From: Geosiphon pyriformis uo1
Lineage: Eukaryota > Fungi > Glomeromycota
Assembly (NCBI GenBank): GCA_016748015.1
Contig: JAAOMT010000328.1
Location: 388,955-452,954 of the forward strand
Reading direction: 5' to 3'
DNA: 64,000 nucleotides
Shown: one piece after another, positions 36,957 through 49,517 of the stretch
Position numbering within the stretch: the first letter of the stretch is position 1
How the letters are laid out: each line of letters begins with the position of its first letter
Notes under the pieces: generated by a model
Database searches by the model: none
Seen by the model: only the letters and a program-made list of their open reading frames with translations
Told to the model about the DNA's origin: nothing
Translations under genes and position numbers: made by a program

Positions 36957-37621
36957 TGTTATGGTTGAAACTTATACTTCTTATTAATTATCACATGTAT
37001 TAGCCATTGATGTTATATAAATTAGCCACTCTACTTTTAGAAGTGATCATTAATCTGATTATTGACCTGACTGTTAATCTGATCATTGACCACTTTTGAT
37101 AGTTATATAAGCAATGAATCTTTTAACTGTAGAAAAGCATATAAGAATCAAAGAAATAAAAGAAATAAAATAACAACTTCATCTCAATCCTTCTCTTATC
37201 ACTAATTTCTCTTTCCCTACTTTCAAGTATCTAAACATTTTAAAGATAAAAGATTATTTGTTGGTTATTTTTTACCCTTTTCCTGAAACATGTAATTGCA
37301 GCATTTGAAGATTATTAAATAAAACATAACTGAAGAGCACATCTGATACTTGATATTGAATTCTAAGAACGCTGACATGAGGCATAGAATTATACCAAGT
37401 GTGATCATTTGTTGACAATATGGACTATCCCTCTACCTTCAGATTCCCCAGTTATCTTTGAAAAGTATAGCGACTAAGATATTTTATGAGACTGATCTCA
37501 CACATTGAATCCATACTTATTCAATTTGCTCTTTGAAGTTGAATTCCCTTTGATTCCTTTCATTACTCTACAATCCTGTTCTCTCTTGCTATCTATTAGC
37601 TTGTTACTTCAATCTGTAACA
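36957..37621 (+). repeat. Solo LTR (Gypsy family 1) in LINE-C
   Basis: TGTTA...TAACA with 4-bp TSD ATAC/ATAC. Confidence 0.95.
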
Positions 37622-38916
37622 ATACTATGAGCTGACCATCTCTGTGCCTGCAAGTTGGCTAGTCTGATTTTTGTAGCCATTTCAGCAATATCATTACTGT
37701 TCAATCTAACCAACAAATCTGTGATCTTGCTTTTTGCCTGTATGTCATCAATTTTAAATAAGTTGTACAAAGATGTGTGATGCATGGCACTGGCTGGGAA
37801 ATCACTGAGAGGTTTGCTTTCTTCTTCACAGTGGCTGAGATCTTTGAGTTCCATCTTTTGGCCCAACTATTTGGTATATGGGTTAATTGAGATCTAAATT
37901 CTATTGCTGGATTTAGTACACTATTGAAAATGTAAATTGCCTGTTTTTCAGTGATGTGTTTTTTCCTAATAACTCCACATACTGCTTTAATGTCAGATCC
38001 TATCATATTCAGCACAGTTTCATTTTTTCCATCTGCTTGAATCCATACTCCCAAATATCAGGTGCATGTAAATGGGTCCAGCAATCTCAAGGTTTGTTTG
38101 TTTGGACCAAATTTTAGTGGCTCAACTAACACTGATTTTTTCTTGGAGGGTCTGATCACCATTGTTTCAGTTTTATCTAAGTTGATCTCAATATCCACCA
38201 TTCTAAAAAAGGAGCTGGCTGTGTCCAGAATACTCTGCATTCCTTGTCTTGAGTTAGCTATTCACACTGTGTCATTGACAAAGGCAAGATAGTTTACTGA
38301 TGCTATTAGGGATTGTGTGTCTGCTTGATTGTCATTCAGCTATTAATTGGTATCCTTGGTTGTAATTTGCTTGTTTTACTTCACACAGTAAGGGGTCATA
38401 AAAGATCTTCCACATGATGGATGAGCTTGTTTCCCCTTGATCTAATCCATCTTGTACTTGATATTTATTACTTAATCCAAACTTAGTTATGATTCTATTA
38501 TTTCTATTGTTGTATATTAAGCCAAATAGCTCAGTAAACCTATTGTTCATCTTGATCCTTTTTAGTGCAGCTTCTATGGGTTTTCATTCCACTGAGTTGT
38601 ATACTTTTTTCATGTCCTGAAATGTGAACCAAGCCTCATTATCAAATTCTCTTGCATGCTCAGCAACAGCATTAATTACATAAATTGGCACTGCTGTAAA
38701 TGTATTCTTCAGAACTGAGATGTTATAACCTTTTAGAACATTGTGGAGCTTACATGCTTTTGATATTCTTGCAATTAAAATCTTTGTTAAGATCTTTCTA
38801 GTGCTTTCAATAAGTGTGATTGGCCTGGTGATGTCAATATTGCCACCCCATTCTTTTGGCTTTGAAATTAGTATGACCTGTGCTATTCTTCACTTCTTAG
38901 GCATGTTTGCTGCCTT
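37622..38916 (-). pseudogene. LINE-C ORF2 RT region
   Basis: KPKEWGGNIDITRPIT, GLDQGE, FFRMVDIEINLDKT. Confidence 0.88.
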
Positions 38917-39933
38917 GTTTGAAAAAGAAGATGGCAGTAAGTGATTTGTTTTTAGTGATGGTTTGATTGGATTCCAAGAGACTTAAATAGTTCTGGGAAT
39001 TTGGGTTTTAGTAGTACCCAGTTCCCAAACTCCACTGATGTGATCCTGATGACTGTTGTAATAAGCTGGAGATTGGTTGATGCATTACCATTACCAATTG
39101 CCAGTTTTGTTGAGTGTAAGTGATTCTCAATCTTGGATTTCCAAATATTTGAGTTGAGTTTTGTGGCAGTGTTTGGAATTGTTGGGGTTGATATATAACC
39201 TGTGGCTGCAAGTAATATATTATTGGTGCTGGAGGCTGATAAATTGGTGGTAAGTATATTGTTTGTTGTGTCATTGATGTGTAATAAGGTTAATACAAGT
39301 CTTGATTTGGCCAGTAATTTGAAGTTTGAAATCGATGATTGGGATTTTGATGTTAATTGCCCAATCATTGATTATTAATTTGGGCATAACAGTCAACTCT
39401 GATGTAATCTTGTTTACCACAATTGTGGCAAATACAGATCTCTTGTTGCCATAATTGTCAATTTGATGATGATGTGAAACATGACTGATTCTAGTACTGG
39501 TTAAAGATTTTGGGATTGTCATAATGTTGTGATGGTTGATATATTGTTTGATTGTTGTTAGTTAAGTATCTCTCTATTTTCTGGTTGATTGACTTACTGA
39601 ATTGCTTTAGTTTAGAATCCAATTCAGATGATCTATTTATTGCCAAGTTTACAGCTTGAGCATGATTGGCTTTTAGCTTAGCTGATTTAAAATTTCTGGT
39701 GTGAGTGACAGCATTCTGGAGTCTTTATGCATGTATTGGATATATCTGTTGTAAAAGACTACTGTGCAGACCATGAATAAATTGATTTAAGATTTGTGGC
39801 ACAGTGAAGTAGTTCATGTTAATGGCTTGTATTTGATGCAGATTTCTATAGAAGTGTCTTAAATAAGTGGTGACTGCTTTAGTTTTTTCTTGTTTAATAG
39901 TCATGAAAGTATTGGCTAGACAATTGATGCTAT
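38917..39933 (-). pseudogene. gag: gag remnant of the second LTR-retrotransposon family
   Basis: Minus strand: TIKQ..AVTTYL..F, ILNQFIHGL, ICICHNCGKQ knuckle remnant, Q/P-rich tail. Confidence 0.65.
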
Positions 39934-40519
39934 TGTTATGGGTTGAAGTAACAAGCTAATGGATAGCAAGGGGGAACAGAATTGTAGAGTGATGGAAATA
40001 ATCAAAGGGCTTTCAACTTTAATGAGTGAATTAAATAAGTATGAATTCAATGTACAAGATCAGTCTCATAAAATATCTCAGTCACTGTATTTTTCAAAAA
40101 TAACCAGGGGATCTAAAGGTAGAGGGATAGTCCATACTGTCAACAAATGATTATGCTTAGTATAATTCTATGCCTCATGTTGGCACTTTTAGAATTCAAT
40201 ATCAAGTATCAGATGTACTTTTCAGTCACATTTTATTTAATAGTCTTCAAATGCTGCAATTACACATTTCAGAAAAAGAATAGGTAAATGCCAACAAGTA
40301 GTCTTTTATCTTTAAGATGTTCAGATATTTGAAGGTAGAGAAAGGGAAATTAGCAATAAGAGAAGGATTGAGATGAAGTTGTTATTTTATTTTTTATTCA
40401 ACAGTCAGGTCATTGATTAGATCAATGATTACTTTCTAAAAATAAAGTGGCTAATTTATGTGACATCAATGGCTAATACATGTGATAATTAATAAGAAAT
40501 ATAAGTTTCAACCATAACA
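39934..40519 (-). repeat. 3' LTR of Gypsy-C (internal deletion removing the TATA region)
   Basis: Termini intact; PPT complement tcatcctctcc follows. Confidence 0.9.
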
Positions 40520-41062
40520 TCATCCTCTCCAAAGAGATTGAGCTCCAGCAAAATCAAGCTATTTATGGTGTAATCTATTTGAAGGGTTTTATCTAACTCA
40601 AAGCTAACTAGTTTGTTGAAGTCTTTTGTGGATAAGATATATAACACTTGAGATGAAATGGGTTTTGTATCCAAGAGACCAAATATTTGTATTAGAGTTT
40701 TGGCTTTTTTAGCAATAGTTAAAACTCTTGGGACATCTAACTGTATAATGCCCAAAATTTCTGCCTGTATCTCTGAAGTTGTTTTTTTATGAGTTTTATA
40801 TCCTCTATAATTTCACCAAGGCAACCATAGAGTTCTAATTGCCTTCCATATGACAAGTTTTTGTCTGTGAGTAAGATTTCTTGGAGTGTTTTTCCAATTG
40901 TGTTGAAAAGTAGGAGTATTGCTGCTGTTATACTTTCCAACAGATATTTATCTATTTTACTACCAATTTTTTCTCTTCTGGTAGTAGTTTTCTTTGGTCT
41001 GATAACAGTATGTGTTCCACTGTTATCAGTTATGGTGGTCTGTTTTCCAATGATCAGAATAG
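40489..41062 (-). pseudogene. Gypsy-C ORF3 (5' part continues at 49391-49476)
   Basis: ORFs 40737-40940 and 40489-40755. Confidence 0.7.
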
Positions 41063-41762
41063 TGTTATGGTTGAAACTTATACTTCTTATTAATTATCAC
41101 ATGTATTAGCCACTGATGTCACATAAATTAGCCACTCTATTTTTAGTAAGTGATCATTGACTTGATCAATGACCTGATCATTAACCTGATTATTGATCAC
41201 TTTTGACAGCTATATAAGAAATAAAGAAATAAAGAAATAAAGAAATAAAGAAATCAAGGAAATCAAATAAATAAAATAACAACTTTCATCTCAATTTTTT
41301 TCTTATCACTAATTTTCCTTTCTCTACTTTCAAGTATCTGAACATCTTAAAGATAAAAGATTACTTGTTGGTTATTTCCTACTCTTTTTTTGAAATGTGT
41401 AATTGTAGTATTTGAAGATTATTAAATAAAATGTGACTGAAGAATACATCTGATACCTGATATTGAATTCTAAGAGCGTCAATGTGAGGCATAGAATTAT
41501 ACCAGGTGTGATCATTTGTTGACAGTATGGACTATCCCTCTATTTTCAAATTCTCTGGTTATCTTTGAAAAGTATAGTGACTGATCTCACACATTGAATC
41601 CATACTTATTCAATTTGCTCTTTGAAGTTGAATTCCCTTTGATTCCTTTCATCACCCTACAATTCTGTTCTCCCTTGCTATCCATTAGCTTATTACTCCA
41701 ACCCATAACATAAAAGTGGTGCTTCCTGTAAGGTTGTCAAAATCCACTCTGTTTCCTATTAT

Positions 41763-44005
41763 ATGGGTGATTATTCATACCTGCCACAACAATCAGAAGA
41801 ACACTTTAAAGCACACAACAAAAATGATCTAGACTTTATTAAACTCAATCCTTTGTCTTTCTGCTTGATTTGCTTCCCCATTGAAAATCAATCCAGTAGA
41901 CAATTCTAAGATTTTTAGAACTGGTTCCTAAACAAGCATTCAGCTGAAACCTACACAGCCTATACAACTTATTACTTTGATCAAGCTTATTTTGAAGACA
42001 AATTTGAAGAAAAAAACAACAGCATCAATCAACTTTTATACTGTTATGGGTTGGAGTAATAAGCTAATGAATAGCAAGGGAGAACAGGATTGTAGGGTGA
42101 TGAAAATAATCAAAAGGGATTCAACTTCAATGAGCAAATTAAATGAGTATGGATTCAATGAGTGAGATCAGTCTCATAAAATATCTCAGTCACTATTCTT
42201 TTCAAAGATAACTGGGAATCTAAAAGTAGAGGGATAGTCCATACTGTTAACAATTGATCACCATTGGTATGTATTCTATGCCTTCACGTCAGCGCTCTTA
42301 AAATTCAATATCAGGTATCAACTTGTGCTCTTCAGTCATGTTTATACAAATAGTCTTCAAATACTACTATTATTCAAACAGGAAAAGACCAACAAGTAAT
42401 TTTTTTATCTTAAGATGTTCGAATACTTGAAGATAGGGAAAGAGAAATTAGCGATAAGAGAGTGATTGAGATAAAAGTTGTTATTTTTATTTATTTGATT
42501 CTTGTCTGAGAGATGATTTTCTACAGCTAAGAGACTCATCGCTTATATAGCTATTGAAAATGGTCAATAACCAGGTCAATGACTAGGTCAATAATCAGGT
42601 CAATGATCAGGTCAAGGATCAGGTCAAGGATCAGGTCAATGATTAGGTCAACAATCACTATCTAAAAATAGAGTGGCTAATTATATGACATCAGTGGCTA
42701 ATACATGTGATAACTAATAAAAATTATGGGTTTCAACCATAACAATACTCAACAACCTTTGAACAACAGCCCTCTGATTTTGAATATCTGAATCATCAAA
42801 TCCACATTTGGATTGCTGCCCATCAATCAACAGAAACTCCTCTTGAAACAAAAGAAGAAAGCTATCAAACTGCTCCTGTTTTTGATCTCTTTTCAAGTGA
42901 ATCAAAATACTCCACACAAACAGTTACACCTGAACTAATGGCTCAAAACCCTCTACAACAAAACATTCTGATCACCCTCCAATATATACAGACTGCTTTA
43001 GGGTAAAGAAACAACATCCCATTACTGTTATTCAAAGGTAATGCCCAAGATCCAATCAAATAGCTGGATGATTTTGAGAAAGCTGCCACAGTAAACCAAT
43101 ATGATAATGAATACAAGTTCTAAATTGTTGGTGGCTACCTCCAAGACTCTCCTGCTACTTGGTTCTCACAAGAAACCAATGCCAATGCTCAATAAAGAAT
43201 TATTAGATAGGCACCAGCAAATGCTGGAGAAGACAACATCTCTTTCACTATCTGGTTTGAAATGAAATTTAGAACTCTCATCTTAATCTCAAAATGGCAT
43301 ATGGAATTAGAAAGAAGAACTCAAGGTTCTGGTAAGGTTGTGACAGAATATGCCAAAGCAATAAGAAAACTCATTAAATGGGTGGACTCTAGAAAAAATT
43401 GGACAGAAGAGCAGAAAATACATTCCTTCACAAAAAGACTGAGAACTGATCTATCATATGCTTTTTGGCTTCTCCTGGCCTTGAAAAATAATCCCACAAT
43501 GGATATGGCCATTGAACTTGCTCAGAGAATAGAAGACAATCAAAGGATGCACCTAGGATCTACACTTCCAGTCTTTGCTCCCTCTCCCCAAATGGCTGCT
43601 ATCTCTTTCACTGTTCAAACTCAAGACCCAAATGAACAGTTAATAGATAAACTTACAGCTAATCTTACACGGCTATTAGAACCATTAGCCCAAGCAGTCA
43701 GAGACAACCAGCAATCCCAAAGACCCAGATTTGAACTCTGCTTTAATCAACCCCAGCAACCACCATATCAAAGACAACAAAATTGTGGTCCACCTGTGTG
43801 CTATCACTGTAGACTAACTGGACACTTTTCTAGAGACTGTAACAATGCCCCATTGCCTCCTCCAGCTCCCCGAAATAATGATATCCAGAATAACAAATTC
43901 TACAATAATAATGTTTCCAATCAAAAACCCAATCATGCCAACATCAATTTTTTTGGAGAGGATCCCTTAGTTGAAGCTACTGTTTACCAGCCTTTAAACT
44001 GGTAG
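41763..44005 (+). pseudogene. gag: Gypsy-D gag, split by a solo LTR
   Basis: Starts MGDYSYLPQQSEEHFKAH; ORF 43262-44005 contains CYHCRLTGHFSRDC. Confidence 0.88.
42042..42744 (-). repeat. Solo LTR, subtype II, in the gag of copy D
   Basis: TSD ATAC/ATAC. Confidence 0.95.
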
Positions 44006-47000
44006 GTGCATTTCCAAAGGATGAGAGTACAAGCCAACCAGAAAAAAACTCCTTTTATGCTTTTAACCTAACTGATAATGATCATAATATGGATGAACTA
44101 GCAATCAACACCTCTGAATCAACCAGAAAGAAGAAGAAAGTCAAGATTGATTTTGTCTTGGACCCAAACAAAGCATCCAAATTATCTGCTAATAACAATG
44201 AACCACCAAAGACTAAGGTTTTTAAAAATCCTCCAAAGTTGGAACCATCAAAAATTGTACAAAAATCTGGACCCTATTCTGTTGTTAAAGATCTCATGGA
44301 AACCCCAGCACACATTACATTTGGCCAACTAATGACCCATCCACTGTTCAGAAAAGATTTTTGCAAATCATTGATACCAAAGAAGAAGACACCAAAGACC
44401 AACAAACACTCTCGCCAAGCTGGACTTGCTGACAACAACAATGTCATACCTCTTATTTGTAAGGCCCAAGTGGCTGGTTACTTCATTGATCTAATCCTGG
44501 ATAGTGGATCATCTGTTAGCATCATTGCCAAACACTTCTTAGAAGCAATTGGCAGAAAGATTGATGAACCATTCACATGACCAATAACCAATGTACATGG
44601 TGACAAAAAGAAAGATCTGGGCATAGCCAAAGCTGTTTCTGTTCGAATCAATGGCATCTGTATTGAAACTGACATGGAAGTGTCTGAAGCAAAAGAATAC
44701 ACCATAATAGTTGGCAATGAATGGCTCAAGAAAGCAAAAGCCTTGCTTGATTATGAACTTTGTGAACTAACCATCAGATGTGGTGAAAAACCCATTGTGG
44801 TTAAGTGTCGCCATTGAACAACTCCTCCAGTATCCAAACAAAGCCAAAAAGAAGAGCAATCAGATGAGTCAGATGATGAAAAAAGTGATGAAGAAGATAA
44901 ACAAGAAGAACAAAAAGAAACTGCTGAACTTGCCTATACCATCTTTACCAGCAACGGCAAACCATTAGATAATGTCAAAGCAGATAAAGAAGAAATCATG
45001 GTAAATGGCAAGCTAATCTGCTGGTCCTATTATAATATTCTTAGAAGAATCTTTGACCGAAAGCCTGGCAAGAAAGCCAAATACAGCTATTGGTGGCATG
45101 ACTCTTGTGCCAGATGCTGGTGCAATAAACCTTTGTATTTGCCAAGTGATGAATGCAAATCCTGCCTAATCTATTACAAAGATTGGAAACCAATCAGTTT
45201 AATACCCAGAGAAGAAATAAAAAAAATACAGAAGTTCTTTGAAAATAAACCACCTAAGATTTAATCACTTGTTATAGAACAAAGAAAATCTTTCCCAAAA
45301 GAAAGAAAAGTAGATATTGAAAACCTATTGGTTAGAAACAGCCCAGTTATCTCAAAAGAAGGTGATACCCTTGGACAAACCCATGTGATACAACACACTA
45401 TCACCACCAAAGAAACTTGCTCATCTATTTGAAGCCTTATCAATCCAATCGTCATAATGATGAGTTTATCAAGAAAGAGATAAACCAGATGAAAGATCTT
45501 GAATTCATACAAGAAACCAAAAGTGAATGGGCTTTCTCAGTTGTAGTGGTATTCAAGAAAGGTGGAACCCTATGCTTCTGTGTCGACCACCATCAATTAA
45601 ATGCCATCATTATAAGAGACATGTACCCACTCCCCAAAATTGATGCAATGCTAGACAAATTCAATGGTGCTGCTTTCTTCTCAACTATTGACTTAACTGC
45701 TGAATTCTGACAAGTAGAGATGAATTCAGAAACCAGAAAAAAAACTGCCTTCATTACCAAGTGTGGCACTTATGAATTTATGGTTATGTCTTTTAGTTTC
45801 ACAAATGCCCCTCCCATCTTTCAACATCTAATGGACAAGGTTTTTGACCTGCTCAGAAATGCTGGTCTTAAGATCAACCCAATCAAATCTTTCTTTGGAT
45901 GTCAATCCACTCCGTTTCTTGGTCATTTTATTAGAAAAAAATAGAATTTTCCCTAATCTAGCTAAAATTGAAAAAGTCCAGAACATTAGACAACCAATGA
46001 ATGTTCTTGAACTACACTCCTTCTTTGGTTTGGCTTCTTACTATTGCAAATTCATCAATGATTTCTCCAAAATTGCTTTTTCTCTCAACCAGCTACTCAG
46101 AAAAAATGTTAATTACCACTGGGAACACATCAGTAAAAAGCCTTTGAAATTCTGAAGGAAAAACTTGTTACTGAAACAATCCTTAAGCAACCTGACCTGG
46201 ACCAATCTTTTATTCTCCACACTAATGCATCTGGTTATGAACTTGGTGCTGTACTCTCACAAAAAAATGAAGATGGCAGAGAACATGCCATAGCATATGC
46301 CAGTAGATTTTTTACACTAGTGAAAAAGAACTATTCAGTAACTGAACAAGAATGCTTAGCAGTAGTTTGGGCTACTAGCTATTGAGACCAATATCTTTTT
46401 GGTGCCAAATTCCTAGTAGTAACAGATCATCAAGTCTTGGTTTGGCTATGCAATAAAAAGAATCTGGAACATAAACAAATAACTTGTTGGATACTCCATC
46501 TGGATGAATTCAACTATGATATTTAACACTGCAAAGTAGCTAATCATCAAAATGCAGACACTCTTTCTAGACTTACCATCTAGTGACAATACAACCTCTC
46601 AAACCAAACCAACTTAATTATTAATAACTCTCCCACAAACAAACACAATAATGGACTTGGACAACTATTCTGCTTTAATAGAATTTTTGGGTAAAGAACA
46701 ATACCCACTGGACTACACTCAACAACAAAGAGAACATTTACACAAACAATCAAATTTCTATTTGATTCGCCAGAACCAATTATACAAAAGAAACAGAAAA
46801 AATCTTGACTGCCCCCAGAGAGTTATAAAATTTGAAGAAAGAAAAATTGTAATCTACAATATGCATACTGATCCATTAGCTAGACACTTTGAAAAAACAA
46901 AGACAATACAGAAAACTTTAGCTTGCTATTATTGGCCTACCTTGGGAAAAGACATTGCTGAATACATCAAAACCTGTAACATTTACCAAAGAAAAGACAA

Positions 47001-47962
47001 ACCCAATAGAAAAAAAGATATCCATCCAATTTCTGTTGGTTAACCATTTGACAGAATTGGTATAAATATTGTTGGACTTTTAACAATAACTCTTGATGGC
47101 AACAGATATATTATTATAGCTATTGACTATCTTACAAAGTGAGTAGAAACAAAAGCCACTTCAGATCAAACAGCAGTCTCAATAGCCAATTTCATTTATA
47201 AAGATATCATTTGCTGTCATGGCTGCCCCAAAAAACCTTTATCTGATAGAGGAAGAGCTTTTTTCAGTACACTGGTTGAAGAACTTTGTAGGAAAATGGG
47301 AATATGTCATAAACTTTCCTCCCCTTACCACCCTCAAACAAATGGCCTAGTGGAACATTCAATAGAACATTATGTGAAACTTTAGCCAAAACCAGTAAAG
47401 AAACAAACTTATGGGACAAAGTACTGCTTTCAGCTTTGTTTGCTTATAAAACTGTGAATCATGACATAACAAGTTATGAACTTTTTTATCTGCTCTATGG
47501 ACACATGGCAAAACTACCAATAGAAACTGACATTGAAACAATACCCTTTGAAGAGATCACAATAGGAATTACAAAGACATTTTGCAAAGAAGACTTAATA
47601 CCCTTCTTAACTCATTGGTAGAAGCATGAATAATTGCTTTTGAAAAGATAAAACAGTTCCAATAAAAGCTTAAGAAAAAAAAAACCTGTAAAACACTTTT
47701 TTTAAGTGTTAGTAATTTGGTACTAGAATACCATTTAGACAGAGACAATGTTTATGATGATAAATTTTCTAGCTGATAGAAAGGACCCTTTATAGTCAAC
47801 AAAGTTTTGAACAATAGTTTTTATATTCTTCAAGATCAATTTGAAACAATCTTCAATGATCATTCTGTTCATGGTATATGACTCAAAAAATATCATAAAC
47901 GACCTAATTGGTTGTCTGTTGTGGTAATACTGACTCAAATGACCAGCAAAAATCAAGTATAA
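43993..47962 (+). pseudogene. pol: Gypsy-D pol, disrupted (YLDD region deleted near 45838)
   Basis: Colinear with copy A; LILDSGSS, MYPLPKID, HTDPLA. Confidence 0.9.
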
Positions 47963-48003
47963 ATAAATGCACCATTTCCAAAACAGAGGTATCTTCAATC
48001 AAC

Positions 48004-48659
48004 ATGAACAATTATTTTTTGAATTAAAACATTCAAAATGCTTTCTATACTTTTCATGAGTATTGAATCAAAAACTATCCAAATGCTACTCTGACCATTG
48101 GAAAACAAACCACCATAACTGATAACAGTAGAACACATACTGTTATCAGACCAAAAAAACTACTACCAGAAGAGAAAAAATTGGTAACAAAATAGATAAG
48201 TATCTGCTAGAAAGCATAATAGCAGCAATACTTGTATCTTCCATTACAATTGGAAAAACAATTAAGGAAATCTTGCCCATAAACAAAAACTTGTCATATG
48301 AAAGACAACTAAAACTCTATAGTCACCTTGGTGAAATCATAAAAGACATAAAGCTCATGAAGAAAACAACTTCTGAGATACAAGTGCAAATTTTAAGCAT
48401 TATACAATTAAATGTTCCAAGAGTTTTGACCATTGCAAGAAAAGCCAAAATTCTTATACAAAGATTTGGTTTTTTGGATACAAAGCTCATTTTGTCTTAA
48501 GTGCTATACATCTTATCCACAAATGACTTCAACAAACTAGTTAGTTTTGAGTTAGATAAAACTCTTCCAATAGATTACACTATAAATAGCTTGATTTTAC
48601 CAGAGCTTAATTTTTTTGAAGAGAATGATGTTACAGTTGAAACTTATACTTTTTATTAA
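48004..48659 (+). pseudogene. Gypsy-D ORF3, disrupted
   Basis: ORF 48273-48500 plus flanks colinear with ORF3 of copy A. Confidence 0.7.
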
Positions 48660-49517
48660 TTATCACATATATTAGCCATTGATGTCACATAAATTAGCCA
48701 TTCTATTTTTAGTAAGTGATCATTGACTTGATTAATAACCTGATCATTGATCTGATCATTAACTTGATCATTAATCTGATCAATGACCTGATCATTGATC
48801 TGATCATTGACCTAGTCATTAACCTAATTATTGACCACTTTTGACAGCTATATAAGCAATGAATCAATTAGCTGTAGAAAAACATGAAGAAATGAAAAAA
48901 TAAAAAAATGAAGAAATCAAAGAAATCAAATAAATAAAATAACAACTTTTATCTCAATCTCTCTCTTATCGCTAATTTCCCTTTCCCTACTTTCAAGTAT
49001 CTGAACATCTTAAAGATAAAAGATTACTTGTTGGTTATTCCTACCCTTTTCCTGAAACGTGTAATTGCAGTATTTGAAGATTATTGAATAAAATATAACT
49101 GAAGAGTACATCTGATACCTGATATTGAATTCTAAGAGTGCTGACGTAAGACATAAAATTATACCAGGCATGATTATTTGTTGACAATATGGACTATCCC
49201 CCTACCTTCAGATTCCCCAGTTATTTTTGAAAAGTATAGTCACTGAGATATTTTATGAGACTGATCTCACACATTAAATCCATACTTATTCAATTTACTC
49301 TTTGAAATTGAATTCCCTTTGATTCTTTTCATCACCCTACAATTCTGTTCTCCCTTGCTATCTGTTAGCTTGTTACTCTAACCCATAACAGTAGCATTTG
49401 GGTAGTTCTTGATCCAATACTCATGAAGAGTATAGAAGGCATTTTGGATGTTTTGATTCAGAAAATAATTGTTCATGTTGATTGAAGATACTTCTGTTTT
49501 GGGAATGGTGCATTTAT

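Larger units (their letters stand above)
27499..38916 (-). mobile_element. LINE-C, 5'-truncated in RT; contains LINE-D and a solo LTR
   Basis: TSD gtttgaaagggaagat (27483-27498) / gtttgaaaaagaagat (38917-38932); ORF2 continues across 29480/37622. Confidence 0.92.
41063..49390 (+). mobile_element. Gypsy family 1 copy D, complete, inserted in ORF3 of copy C
   Basis: LTRs 41063-41710 and 48629-49390; TSD ATAG/GTAG. Confidence 0.95.

Noticed and set aside
41216-41253. (AAGAAATA)n 8-bp repeat in the D 5' LTR
   Set aside because: Copy-specific slippage in an A-rich tract next to a deletion; not conserved in other LTRs.
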